Shown: piece by piece, positions 40,197 to 54,999 of the stretch
How the letters are laid out: each line of letters opens with the position of its first letter
Position numbering within the stretch: the stretch's first letter is position 1
Source: Octopus vulgaris
Taxonomy: Eukaryota
Assembly: GCA_951406725.2 (NCBI GenBank)
Contig: OX597825.1
Location: forward strand, 83,762,001-83,826,000
Reading direction: 5' to 3'
Length of the DNA: 64,000 nt
Made by a program: the position numbers and the translations under genes
Notes under the pieces: model-generated
The model's database searches: none
What the model was told of the DNA's origin: nothing
Seen by the model: only the letters and a program-made list of their open reading frames with translations

Positions 40197-40616
40197 GTAG
40201 ATTCTGTAGATTGTAACTCCACACTATATTTTATGATAAAGGATTTACGTCTGCGTCGAAATAAAAAGAAGAATAAGTCTCGACGAGAAGAACATATCGA
40301 GAAAAATAGATGTTAGACAAAGATATAGAATCGTTGACAAAAGACTTCAGACAATTCTCTAAACCAGGAATAAAAATACAAAGAAATCGTCTCCATTTCT
40401 GACAAAAACAGAAATACCTCCTGACAATAGGGTCGTGATGTGACTTATCTCGAGCGACACAGAGGTGTATAACCGCAAATGCCGGAACACGAGCTTTTGC
40501 ACGGAAAAGATACAATTGATATGATAAATATATGCATCTGTCTACTGTAATATATATAGGACAATTGTCTTCTTGCTATACATCACATATCTATATTTAT
40601 TTCAATTAAGACACAC

Positions 40617-40722
<106 letters not shown>

Positions 40723-40790
40723 AATATATACATAAATATATAAATACATACATATATATACATATATACATACATACATACATACATATA

Positions 40791-40846
<56 letters not shown>

Positions 40847-40860
40847 TATATGTATGCGTA

Positions 40861-41731
40861 TCTTTATATATATAAAACTGAATTGAGAATGTGTCTATCT
40901 GTCAGTCTGTCTATCTGTGTGTTTCCCTAAAACTTGAGAACTACACAACCAGTTTCATTCAAATTTTACACATGCCTTACTTAGGGTCCATGTAGTTTCA
41001 TGGGCAAAAAAATGCTCAACTACTTGCCTAGAGTGAGCCCATAGCAATATCATATCTTCTCCACTATTTCAGTATTACGTGTTAAAAGTGAAACAAAAAC
41101 ATTTCTCTATTTTATGTCAGATACTTTCACTTTAACAATAAAAATAATAATAACAATTGAATTATACGTAGTAAGTAATAATTAACATCAAACTAAACTA
41201 TATTATAATCGTAACATAAAAAAGTAAAAATAGCAACTGGTATAAAATTGCATCAATTACTTGAACTTGAATAAGTGGTTTCACATGAATGGGAATAAAT
41301 AAAAAAATAAAATTTAAGTGCAGAAATGGAATAGTCTAGATGGATAATAAGAAATTAAATTAAAGAAAAGACTATTGTCTATAAAGTATACAATGTAGAG
41401 AAAAAAGAAGATTTGAATACATGGAGGAAAGCACCTTCGAAAAGTGTCTTGGTGCGACTATGAAAGTTATCTAATCAGAGGCGGTAAATTCGCCACAATA
41501 GTAGCAAGTTTCGAGTCAACGGAGCGTGCAAGGGAGTACTCGACTCAAACTTGCAAAGTGGAAATAATTTATTTTGACCTTTATATCTGGGACGTAGGAC
41601 GTCCCGGAAAAAAAATTTTAATGCCTTCCCCCCAGAAGTAGGGGTAGGCTGGATTGTAGCCACACTTCTATACAAGAGGGAGGACAAGATACAATTGAAC
41701 GAAATTACAAGAGACGGGCTAACAATTCCAG
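40861..41731 (+). mobile_element. Non-autonomous Helitron-like element
   Basis: A|TCTTTATATATATAAAA start, then (tctg)-like tract; ends acgggctaacaattCCAG|T (degenerate CTAG). Confidence 0.55.
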
Positions 41732-41905
41732 TCTGTTATATAATTTGAGTATTGTTATCACTAGCGATATCAAGATATAACTTTGTATTTTGTATTTTAT
41801 GTGTAGATGTATATATATAGATGTACATGTTATATGTACACATATATATACACATATATATATGCACTAGCACTATGATCCGGCAACGACGGGTCTGTAA
41901 TGCTA

Positions 41906-41952
<47 letters not shown>

Positions 41953-42382
41953 CATATATACATATATATATATACATATATATACATATATATGGCAAAT
42001 GAAAGACGGAAGATGGAATATACGAGAATTTATTATTAATCACGACAACTGTTTCGACACATCTAGCATCGAACCCTTACGTGTGAGACACTCAGCAACT
42101 GGTTCAGGGTTTACTATCAGTTCCCCAGAGATATTCTCCTTCCCCACAGTTTTTGAAGAGACATTCACATCCACGTTGTGGTTGAGGTGGGGGTCAACTG
42201 AACCCTATCGAGATCCCCCAAAACTATATCTAGCCTGTTGTGCTTACACATATGTATATATGTAGATATGTATTAATATCCATCTATCTATCTATATATA
42301 TATATATATATACACACAGAAACACATATATATGTATGTGTGCGTGCATGTGTATACGCACGTAGGCACACACGCGCACGCA

Positions 42383-42421
<39 letters not shown>

Positions 42422-43439
42422 GCACACCGTATACACAGCGTATACACACACAGCGTATACACACACAGCGTATACACACACAGCGTATACAAAATAATGA
42501 GTGTGTATGTATGTAGCCGTGTTCGTCTGTGTGTCTGTATATGACCGAAACTGGCTGTGTGTGTTTCTGTGCGTGTGTGTCTATCTGTATAAGCTTATGT
42601 GAATGTGCGTGTGCTCGTATATGTGTGTGTGTGTGTGTGTGTGCGTGCACGTGTGTGTGTGTGAGTGTGTTTGTCAATGAATACCTGCGTGTAAGTGAAG
42701 TATTTCGATATATCACGTATCTGCCATTCGTTATAATAAGATGGAGGCGGGATAATTTTACCGTTGTCTTTTCTCCTTTCTTCTGCTGAGATTAATCACA
42801 TCTCGCCAACTTTATAATAGGAAGAAGAGCAAAGGAAAAACTATTCCAATCTACCATGGCCACATACCTACCGTGCGGCGCAATTAGTTTAATACTTGTC
42901 TTCACAAAATGATGAATAAATTGATATGTTAGTGGTAGTGGTGGCGGCGGGGATAGCGGTGATGGTGGTAGTGGTGATGGTGGAGGTGATAGTGCTGGTG
43001 GAAGCGTCGGCGGTGGTGATAGTGGTGTGTAAAGGTAAGTCTTAAAGTATAAATGTAAATCTTTAACCAATCCATAACAATCTTAGTCATCCTGTCCCAT
43101 AAATTCCTCCCGACCGTATTTCACAAATTAATCTTGCTTTATGTTTATCTCACCTACGAATTTCTCAATAAAATTGTCCCTATATTCTTCATCGCACCCT
43201 TGAAATTTCGCGCCGATATATCACGCCGCCTATCTTTGTACAAGCATTCATCCTACCCAGTACCTTCAATATCCATCCATCCCACTATTCCAGGGAGGCT
43301 TAGACTCCACAACACTTCCACGGTGTTTATCAGAGTCAACCAATATTACACTTTCCAGATGGATTCTTAAGCGAGAGCGGCTGATGACTATGGACATCAT
43401 CCAACTATCATGTTCTTGGTTTACTCCTAGGTCTCCTGA

Positions 43440-43650
43440 TGTTAGCTCGGCACCGCTATTTGGTGTTGCTACATTATTTTGCTTCCCGAATGCTTTTTAG
43501 CAATTGACATTTGGTGCACGAGAGAGTTTGATGCAGCTGCCTTCATCTGCACCTCCTGTCGCGAAGTTGGTTCATCTGGGACACCTGACAGGAAGAGGTC
43601 CAGCTTTATTTTGAAGACACCAACATACCCCTTCCAGGATTGAGGAATTT
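43440..43650 (-). mobile_element. CR1-group LINE 3' end
   Basis: VFKIKLDLFLSGVPDEPTSRQEVQMKAAASNSL...* (FKxxLDxFLxxVPDEP motif). Confidence 0.75.
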
Positions 43651-45017
43651 GTCTTGAGATTCTTTCCTCGTTCTAACCACATGTCTGTGGTACCGGAGCT
43701 GTGACTTTTTAATACGGAAATGTTTCGTTTCGACTTACAAAGACTCCCTGATTCCATCTGCGCATCATACCAAGTGACGTTTCTCCAGAGATCCTTCCAA
43801 GGAACCTCAATTCCGCCACTTGTCTTCGCAATTGTACTCTTTCGGTCACTGACTTCAATATAATAGATTTTTATTGTATGAAATAAGAAATACCAAAATA
43901 TTTACATTTCTGTCGAGTCCCCATTTCATTTTCTCCGTGATTCATACGAATGTAGATTTATGGCGTCATAACATCAAAAAACTAATGACAGCTCAAAATC
44001 ACTTATGTTATTTAAACTGTTATTTGTTGATATTTCTGGTTACATCACATCACATACAGAAACACACACACACACACACATCACACATACACACACGTAG
44101 TGTTACGTAAAATCTATAGCTGTCACTCGTGTTGTTTTATAGGCATCAAAAGATCTTTGTCTATTCCCTGATCAACGACGACATACAATATCGTTTGCTC
44201 TTCTCTACGCAACAACAGCCGATCTAAAAATTGACCTTCATAAAACTCCAGTTTAGAAATCCAATGCTTTATATCCTTCCACGAAATTACATCTTAATTA
44301 TAACAGAGATAAAAGAAAAAAGAAGGAGATTATGGGATCAAAGGCAACGAAGGGATTTTCGGGGGGAAATGTTTTTCCCTAGCGAACAACCCCTCTAACG
44401 AAAATTATATATCAGTTGGCCTGAGTCAATAGAAATTAAATAATCTTTTTTATGACCGCTCGACCTTCTGATACGTATAAATTTCACAGTAGATATTGCT
44501 TGCCTTATTTCCTAAACAGAGAACTTGTCCGTGTCGATGCTTTTATTTTTATAGTTTTCTTCTATTTCATGCATTTTTCCATATCGTTAGTATCGACATA
44601 TTATTGGATAGGGAAATAAATAACCTAAAACTTGGAAATATCTCCGAGCTATCAATCCCTCGCGGACAAGTATTATATTATGAATCTATGCTTTCATATG
44701 TTATTCGATAAGCGTTCTTCAAACGGACAAACCTTGTTGCATGCAGAGAATAACAGTTTGTTGCCTGCGGCCAATATAAATTAAGTTTACACTCCAAATC
44801 ATTTTTTATGCACATGCACCTAAAAACAGAAGTATACGGTTTAACATTCTACAGAGACCGTTAAAGTTGCGTAATAGAATTTCTGAGAGAATTACATTCT
44901 TGGTTACTTTGGGAATTACGATGTGTTGCCAGAGAGATATCAACATTGATAAATGATATTATGTAAGTCAACTATAAGCGGAATTATTATATGCCAAATA
45001 GAGGATATATATATACA

Positions 45018-45140
45018 CTATGTATGTATGTATGTATGTATGTATGTATGTATGTATGTATGTATGTATGTATGTATGTATGTATGTATGTATGTATGTA
45101 TGTATGTATGTATGTATGTATGTATGTATGTCTGTATGTA
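45018..45140. repeat. (TATG)n microsatellite
   Basis: Direct reading. Confidence 0.97.
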
Positions 45141-45362
45141 TACAGTGACTGGTTTACAGGATCGCCAATAATGTATATAATATGCATATACTCTTCTTCA
45201 AATAGTATTTTATAGTTAGTTTCATTCTGTACATGTAGAACTTGTCCTCACGAACGAAAACACAAGTATATATATGTGTGTGTGTGTATGTGTGTGTGTG
45301 TGTGTTTGTGTGTGTGCATGTATGTATGTATGTATATATATATATATATATATATACATATG

Positions 45363-46499
45363 TAAAATTTAATGGAGACAAGAAGTGGAACGAACCGATA
45401 AATCGAAACGAACCTGACGCGAGGCGCTGTCAGACAATAATGTGATAAATAAAAATATATACATACATACAAACATATATGTACGTACCTACATCTACAT
45501 GTATATATACATGCACATATAAATAAATATACGTAAGTACAGGACGCCACAACAAGACGTAGAAACGGGAAAAACAAAAAAATTTTACAAGTACAGGACA
45601 GGCTACACAAGGAAAAATCCAAAATTTTTTTATAACAAGAAAACAAGTACAGGACAAGCTACACAAGGAAAAATCCACCGCCATCAGCTGTCGCTAGTTA
45701 ACTCAGGCGTGTTTCGAAGGCAAGACAGGACACTCGTTAACTAGGCCTTCCTGCGAGAGAATTAAAATAAAATTCCAAGCAGCGGGGTAAAGCGGGTAAG
45801 AACACAAACAGGATGTGACAATAAAACTGCGCAATAAAATACAAGATAAAAATACATGTACAAAAAAATACAAGACGAGAAATAAAAAGGGAATACAATA
45901 CGGGAAATCAAACAAACAAGAGGACAAATGAGAAAAACCAAACAGACGAAAAAGGCCTTTTTTTGGCTAGACGAAAGATGTTGTGTGGCAGCGTGTGGAA
46001 AGCAAGACTTTTCAGTAGCAGAGGCGGCGTGCGAAGGAAAGAAATTTTTTGGCTAGGAGTGAGAAAGAAGGAAGGAGGAGGGGGACACGCGGCTAAGAGA
46101 GAGAAAAGGGGAAGAGTGAGAGGGAGAGAGAGTGGAGAGGGTAAAGCAAAGGGAGAGAATTTCGCGTCTTAAATATTTATATAAAATTTAATGGAGACAA
46201 GAAGTGGAACGAACCGATAAATCGAAACGAACCTGACGCGAGGCGCTGTCAGACAATAATGTGATAAATAAAAATATATGCATACATACAAACATATATG
46301 TACGTACCTACATCTACATGTATATATACATGCACATATAAATAAATATACGTAATTACAGGACGCCACAACAAGACGTAGAAACGGGAAAAACAAAAAA
46401 AATTTACGACAAGTACAGGACAGGCTGCACAAGGAAAAATTCAAAAATTTTTTACAACAAGAAAATAAGTACAAAACAAGTTATACAAGGAAAAATCCA
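45363..46499. repeat. ~315-bp direct repeats (45363-45677, 46182-46499) around a ~500-bp spacer
   Basis: Both start taaaatttaatggagacaagaagtgg and end aaggaaaaatcca; each has an internal ~57-bp tandem. Confidence 0.92.
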
Positions 46500-47050
46500 A
46501 AACAAATGACGTAACGTATACCGAATGTAAAAGCGAGCGTGAGACAAACAAGATCCGTAATTCTTCATCGGTTATCGACCAATTGTTAATATTAAGTTTC
46601 GCACCTTTAACTGAGTGCTTCCTGATTGGCGGTGCCTGCAAAAACAAAAGTTTTCTTGCGGAGAATTAAGGACAAGAGCAAACAAAACGAAAAGCAAAAC
46701 GACACAGAGAGTGGTTTTGGACGAGGAAGAACAGTCGAACAAAATACGGCCTTGGGACCAAAGAGAATAGTCTGTACTGTAATGCTTAGAAAATGTCTTG
46801 AAGGATGGAGAACGGAAAGTGAGACAGTCAGCTATGGGACAAGGGGATCAACTGGCCGCTGGCCATGCGACAGCAGCAGACAAAGGAGAAAGAGCTCAGG
46901 GGAGAAGAAGTGACAGAGAAGAAAAGGAAAAGGATGAGAGTGAAGGAGAAAGGCTAGGAATACAGGAGGGGGAGAGAAACGGAGTAAAGTAGAAAGGCTA
47001 GAATAGAATAGAATAGAATTGCAGTCTTATTAAAATAACACACTCACACA

Positions 47051-47118
<68 letters not shown>

Positions 47119-47558
47119 TACATATATACATATAGTAGGAGATTGAGAGAAAGAAAAGGGGAGAATATGAAGGTAAGAGAGAGAAAGTCCCTCGGGTACG
47201 TAAAAAACTTACATGTTGATACAAATTCGGTGTGAGTTGCATTTCCTTACTTGATAAATGAGAAAATGTATAAAGAACCGACGTGACGTATACCGAAAGT
47301 AAAAATGAACGGAAGACAAAGAGAAGGTTCGTAATTCTGTACTTCTTACGGAAACTTGTTTGTCGTGTATATGTTACGACAGTCCATGTTGTCATGGTAT
47401 TTGTAGAGGTAAACAAGAGGCATATCGGGCGATAGTCTCTTAGATCCTGTTGTATCACACGTTTTAAGAAGAATGCATGTGTATATACATACATTTACAT
47501 GTGTGTATACATATATATATATATATACAATACAGATGTTTATTTATATGCATGCGTT

Positions 47559-47616
<58 letters not shown>

Positions 47617-47656
47617 CTCTTACATTGTTGCAGTCTTATTAAAATAACACACTCAC

Positions 47657-47739
<83 letters not shown>

Positions 47740-47744
47740 TATAC

Positions 47745-47777
<33 letters not shown>

Positions 47778-48464
47778 TATATACATATATACATATACAT
47801 ATATATACATATATATATTCATCTTTAACAAATTATACGAAAGCAAATGATGTGAGTGTATATAAAGTACTTAGTATTTAACAATCTCATTCGCAATGAT
47901 TTCATTTCATGCTGTTTGTTATTAGAATCGTGTTAACATTTATAAATGTATAAATGTCAATTTATCGAAGTGTATGATAATAAAATTACCCCAAATATTT
48001 TGTAGTATTGAACGACGGCGACATTCAATTGTTTAATTTAGAAATAATGCCAAAAGCATATTAAACGAAACCTGAGAACTATTCAAAATACTTCACAAGC
48101 TAGCAAGTATTTCTCTATATCAATAATTCTTTGTGTGTTTTTCAATAGCAATATCCGTTTTATTTGTGTTAATAATTTTGAAGATAAAATTGTATTATTC
48201 AAATTTTCATTTATTTTTCAGTTTTAAATGTACGTGGATGTGTTCTAAGAACTCTTTTTTTATATATATATGTATTTTAGAGTTATTCTGGTAGTTAGTT
48301 CTGTCTGGTTTTCAGCTGTTATTTTTCCATTATTTTATATATTTAATATTTCTAATTTTCGCTTGAAATTTATTCATTTTCTTAAGTATATATTGTCAGG
48401 TTCTTCTTAATACTAATTTGTTATTCATTTTTAATCTTTTTTATCATTTATTATTAAGATAAAG

Positions 48465-49350
48465 TACGCCAAACTGGCAGAAGCTTTAGCGCGTCAGACG
48501 AAATGTTTGTCGATATTTCTTCCCACGTTTTATATTCTGAGTTCAGTCCTGCAGAAGTCAACTTTGTCATTCGTCCTTTCGGGTTCGATAAAAGAAAGTA
48601 CCAGTGCGATACTGGAGTCGATTTGATCGACTATTCCCTTCCCGCAAAATGTCAAACCCTTTGCCTAGAGTAGAAAGAATTATTAACACTACTAAGTACA
48701 TTGAGGCGGCGAGCTGGCAGAATCGCTAGCACGCCGGGCGAAATGCTTAGCGGTATTTCGTCTGCGTTACGTTCTGAGTTCAAATTCCGCTGAGGTCGAC
48801 TTTGTCTTTCCTCCTTTCGGGGTCGATAAATTAAATACCAGTTACGCATTGGGGTCGATGTAATCGTCTATCCTCCTCCTCCTCCAAATTTCAGGCCTTG
48901 CGCTTATCGTAGAAAGGATTATTATTAAGGCGGCGAGCTGGCAGAATCGTTAGCACGCTGGACGAAATGCTTAGCAGTATTTCGTCCGTCACGATGTTCT
49001 GAGTTCAAATTCCGCTGAGGTCGACTTTGCCTTTCATGCATTCGGGGTCGATAAGATAAAGTACAACTTAAGTCATGGGTCGATAGCATCAATTATCCCC
49101 CTCTTCAAAACTGCTGGCTTTGAGTAAAAATTTGAAGCAATTATTACGTGCGGTAGATTGGTCGAATCGTTAGACTATCGTGCAAAATGCCCTGCAGTAT
49201 TTTGTCTACTTCTTTAAGTTTTATGTTCAAAACCCACCTTGATCATCTTTACCTCTCACCTTTTAACGCTTGATAATCAGTTAAGCATTGCGGCCGATTC
49301 TATCGCTAACTTCTTCCCATCAAATTGTTTTCCTTGTACCTAAAGCAGAT
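48465..49350 (+). mobile_element. Head-to-tail array of four Nin-like SINEs
   Basis: Heads near 48465, 48705, 48929 and 49148; the first three end in attatt; a fifth truncated head lies at 49551-49595. Confidence 0.85.
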
Positions 49351-49595
49351 TGAAGTAATTACCAGTAGCTACGATATAGAAAATTGTTGCTATATTTACG
49401 CTCTCGCTATAAATCTTATATAAATACAATTTAAAAGGTGAGGTGAGTGTCTTTTGTACAGAAAATCCTCTGCGTACACACAATGCATTCACAGATTGGC
49501 ATGCACTCCGGAACCGATGACATTAATGCTGTAAATATTTTGCCGCTCGTCGGCGGTGAGCAGGCAGAATCGTTAGCACGCCGGACGAAATGCTT

Positions 49596-50319
49596 AGAGC
49601 AGGAAAATTACAACAAAAATCCTCACAGAAGATATACGTCCAAACTAATATTGTATTAATAGACATGTGTATAAATATATAAAGTATGGTTATTTAAAAG
49701 GTTTAAATGTTTGAAACATCTTACGACCGTTTCGTGACTCCATTACCCTTAGAAATCGGATCTAAAATTGTAGTCAATCGAATGCAATTTAAAAATATAT
49801 GAAAAAGATGTTTAAAGATGCTGTTTAAAAGTTACTGGCGTAGATATGCGTTGGTACAATTTTGTGCTAAAAATTTTGAAGAAGAATATACATCCGTGGT
49901 AAAATACTCTGCGGTAATCCGTAATGGCTGTATGTAATATAAATCCCATAATTCTGTTCTCTTCAATGTGTGAGCCATAAATACAGAAAATGAAAATAAT
50001 TAAATTTATACCTTTTATATTTGTATATTTACAACTGTATTTACAACATCTTCAATCATCTTTTCATATATTTTTAAATAGCATTCGATTGACTACACGG
50101 AATTTTACCCTCTTTCTCTCTGACGAGTGGATGTATTACCTAATAATGATAATCAGTTTTAGATCCCATTTCTAAGAGTAATACATGCACGAAACGATCG
50201 TAAGATATTTTAAACTTTTAAATAATCCTACTTTATATATTTATACATCTATCTATTAATACAATATTATTGTGCACGTATATCTTTTGTGATGACCTTT
50301 GAAGTAATTTTCCTGCTCT
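49596..50319. repeat. Diverged inverted repeat (49596-~49830 / ~50035-50319) carrying a hammerhead
   Basis: agagcaggaaaattac...gtagtcaatcgaatgc versus gcattcgattgactac...gtaattttcctgctct. Confidence 0.88.
50115..50207 (+). ncRNA. Type-I hammerhead motif, intact core, long stem II
   Basis: tctct CTGACGA GTG g ATGTATTAC (loop) GTAATACAT g CAC GAAA CGATCG TA agata; palindrome ACGATCGT; predicted cut after 50202. Confidence 0.8.
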
Positions 50320-50323
50320 TATG

Positions 50324-50363
<40 letters not shown>

Positions 50364-51447
50364 GTGTGTTATGTGCTCACTCGCGTCTGTGTGTATTTAT
50401 GTATGTATAAAACATAAATGTAACTTAGATATGAATCTAAGCATTTGTAAATGACAGACACTTTGGAGCATCGTTATCACCGTAAATGTTGTTAACTAGA
50501 ATATTTTAAAGTATCTACTCGGAAATATTCAACGACTTCCTTTATTATATTCGCTTTTTTTTCCTCTCATTCTTCGAGGAGAGAGTGGCGTGTTTTTGTC
50601 AACATTCACAAACAAAAATAAATATCAATCATTGTCTGATTAAGATCGAAGTAGAATTTTAACATCATTTGTCATTGTTTAGAACAATCTACAAGAAAAT
50701 TTGTCATATAACCACACAATGTCATGTTTGTTTGTTTGCTTGTTTTTTTTTACTTTTGAGAGCAAAACTAAACTGAATGTCGTCTGATCTTTTGTAACAA
50801 AACGTTGCTCTAAAAGCGAACAACAAAGAAACATGATGCAGAGAATCTTTTGAATAAAGTTGAATTGGAATTGTCAACTTTTAATGTACATTTATTTCTT
50901 TGACATCTTATTCGCCGACTCTCTCTCTCTCTCACTCTCCCTCTCCCTCTCTCACTCTTCCTTGCTTTTTCTCTATTTTTTTACCATTATACAGAATTGA
51001 TTGTTGCTGATTTGAAGAGCATTGTTGTTGGGTTCGCATAACTCACACTCTAGCCATCTTCCTAATTTTGGAGATCGTCAAAGCAATCGGCGCCAAAAAT
51101 AATTATTAAAGAAATCTTTTAAATTCTGAAGTAACGTGCCTGTTTCTATAATTTCCTGTCCGGAAAAGGGAGTAAATTGAACGAAATTAGAGCTATGCCT
51201 ATAGATAAACAGAATAACATCTTTTTAACATGTGAACATGTCGTTCTTTCAGTTTATAGTCGAAGAAAATGGTAATCAATTCTTAGCTTAATCGTTCGTA
51301 CAATTTAAGGGACACCATTACAAAAACAGTATGGATTCTTCGAGCAATTTGGTTGCGTCAGGAAGTAGTTCTTAACGGTTTTTACTATCAGCTATTTGCT
51401 TCGGTTCCAATTTTTCCTTCCCTTACCAAATATCAATTCTTTTCTTA

Positions 51448-52057
<610 letters not shown>

Positions 52058-52483
52058 ATTTGATCTTTGCGTAAAGTTTCTTATACTCGGAACTTTTATT
52101 CTTCATCTTTACTTCCATTCTAACTCTACTTTTTATTTAAATTTTTATATTTGTATATTTTGTTTTTGTTTATACGTTTTAATGTCGTCTACCTCACTTT
52201 ATTGATTTTTGTTTTTGTTTTTCTTTTTCTTACTTATATTTTCTTTGACCTTTTAGTTTTATTATTTTTTAGTGGGTTCTCTTTTTTTTTTCCTACCTGA
52301 CAAGACATCTTCCTACCATCTTCATTTCTTATGCGTTTTCTGTTCTGTTGTGCATTTTTATCTATTTTTGTCTATTTTTTTATCTTTCTTTTCGTTTTAC
52401 TATGATTTGCTATTCGACTTAATTAAATGTCTTCTATGCTAACTCTTACTGCAGTGGCCACCAATTCCGAATCACACACAAAC

Positions 52484-52514
<31 letters not shown>

Positions 52515-52784
52515 GAAGCACTCACACACACATGCGTATGTGAGAGTTGATGTGTAGGAAAATATAGATGCAGCGCTTTAGGCGTATCTGCCTCTGCTTG
52601 ATTGGAGTGTTACCAAGTATAAGTAACAAACGGTTCGCCAATTCGATGCTGTGCTTTACAGCATAATACAGACTTATCGTCTATAGTAACAAGAACTCTG
52701 CTCTATATAATTTTAGTTAAAACAATCACACAATACAGTTAAGTGGTCTAATTACAAGCAATATTGCCCATATAGATGCTCGTT

Positions 52785-52940
52785 TGGCTGTGTGATAAGA
52801 AACTTGCTTCCGAACAACATGGTTCCGTGTTCAGTTCTACCGTGTGGTACCTTAGGTGAATATCTTCTACATTAACCTCGGGTCCACCAAAGCCTTGTGA
52901 ATGAATTTGCTATACAGAAACTGAAAGAAGCTCATCGCAT
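52785..52940 (+). mobile_element. Decayed head of CORE-like SINE
   Basis: tggctgtgtgataagaaacttgcttc...aaagccttgtgaatg...aaactgaaagaagc. Confidence 0.75.
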
Positions 52941-53078
52941 GGTGTACAAGTTGCAAATATCTTAATAATTAATATACAAAATTTCGTCGACTCATTAAAT
53001 TACATGCGATGTAATCTACTGGGCTACTAGTGTATATGTGTGTGTTCTGTATTTATGTTTGTGCATGTGTGTATATAT

Positions 53079-53380
53079 GAGGCGCAATGGCCCAGTGGTT
53101 AGTAGACTTGGGATCGGAGGATTGCGGTTTCGATTCCCAGACCGGGCGTTGTGTGTGTTTATTGAGCGAAAACAGCTAAAAGCTCCACGAGGCTCCAGCA
53201 GCGGGTGGTGGCTACCCCTGTTGTACTCTTTCGCCACAACTTTCTCTCACTCTCTCTTCCTCTTTCTTGCGGAACGCTGCGATGGACTGGCGTCCCGTCC
53301 AGCTGGGAGGAACACATACGTCACAGAAACCGGGAAACCGGGGCCCATGAGCCTAGCTAGGCTTGAAAAGGGTGACGTTT
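53079..53380 (+). mobile_element. tRNA-derived SINE with V-domain-like core
   Basis: A-box tggcccagtgg, B-box gtttcgattcc, core ctgcgatggactggcgtcccgtccag...cagaaaccggg. Confidence 0.8.
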
Positions 53381-53824
53381 ATCGTTATGTGTATATATTT
53401 CGGAATACACTGGTTATACACATCGCATAATCAACATGTGATATGCATTTATCAAACGAACCGACATGTCATAGAACCAACGTGTGTGCACACGAACGTG
53501 GGTGCATGTATGAATATATACACATACATACATACATGGGTGTGTATGCGTAGGGATGTGCGCATATATATTTATATATATTATTTGCGTCATAAGGATT
53601 TAAAAACTATGAACGAAGTGAAATAATTTTTTCTCTGAACAGTGAAGCTTGAAGTAAATAAGCTATAAATGTAGCGTGTAAATGTCGGGTTTAAAACCTT
53701 TGGAGAAAAAAGATAAGACCACTTTCTCCTTTTTGTATCCAGTTAGTTCTTACACCAATATCTATATACTGCATATGTAGCATTATCTACTTCGAGTTCC
53801 ACAGTTAAAAACGAAATATATTGA

Positions 53825-53984
53825 TGTATATATGTGTGTGTGTATGTATATATAATATATCTAGAGATATTATACACACACACATATCATACAATATATA
53901 TATGTATATATATATATGTAAATATGTATATATGTATATATATATATGCATATATGTATATATATATATATGTGCATATATATG

Positions 53985-54018
<34 letters not shown>

Positions 54019-54164
54019 TATGTATATTTATGTATATATATGTATATATATGTATATATGTTTATATATGTATATATATTTATGTATATATATGTATATA
54101 TATGTATATATAAGTATGTATATATGTATGTATATATATGTATATGTATATATATATGTATATA

Positions 54165-54229
<65 letters not shown>

Positions 54230-54268
54230 GTGTATATATATATGTATATGTGTGTATGTATATATGTG

Positions 54269-54305
<37 letters not shown>

Positions 54306-54350
54306 TTGTGTGCGTGTGTGTGTATGTATGTGTATATATATGTATATGTG
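53825..54350. repeat. Compound (TA)/(TG) tract
   Basis: Direct reading. Confidence 0.95.
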
Positions 54351-54999
54351 CGTGTGAGGTTGATTCGCTCATTTTCAAAGCCCTGTTTAGTGAAAATTGA
54401 GATTGACGTGTTTCGGAATGGTTAATAACATCTATTTTGACTCCATTGTATAAAGGCTGTGGCGCCTACATTTCATCACATTCGAACCCGCATTATCGTA
54501 TTTACGATTTCAAGTGACTTTTGTTAGGGCAATATATAATCAAAAGTTTCCAAAATACTAAAAAGATCTTCAAACGCTGCTTTTCAATATCGGCGCCTTA
54601 CAATGAATAACTGTCATGGCGTCGGTTTGTTTATAAACAGAAAAGAGCGGAAAATCGTCTACGAGATTATTGCACACGCTCGGGAATTTCGATCTACAGG
54701 GACAATGTTCTGTGTATGGAGAGGATTTTCCGTTTATTAATTTTCGTAAATAAACGCTTCTATTTTATTCTATTTTAGACGAAACAGCATACATACAAAA
54801 GCAATGTTTGCATTCAATATGTAATGTCATCAGCATCATTATCATCATCATCATCACTCTTCATAATCGTCATCATCAGCATCAGTATTATCATCATCAG
54901 CATCACTCATCATCATCATCATCATCATAGTCATTATCATCATCATTACTGCTAAGGTGACGTGCTGGGTAGGGCACTTCCAACAAAAGACCGACGAAT

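Noticed and set aside
54399-54482. Minus-strand cattcc GAAA CACG TC with upstream GTGATGA
   Set aside because: Counted only as a weak half motif; stem I is poor, so not listed as a feature.
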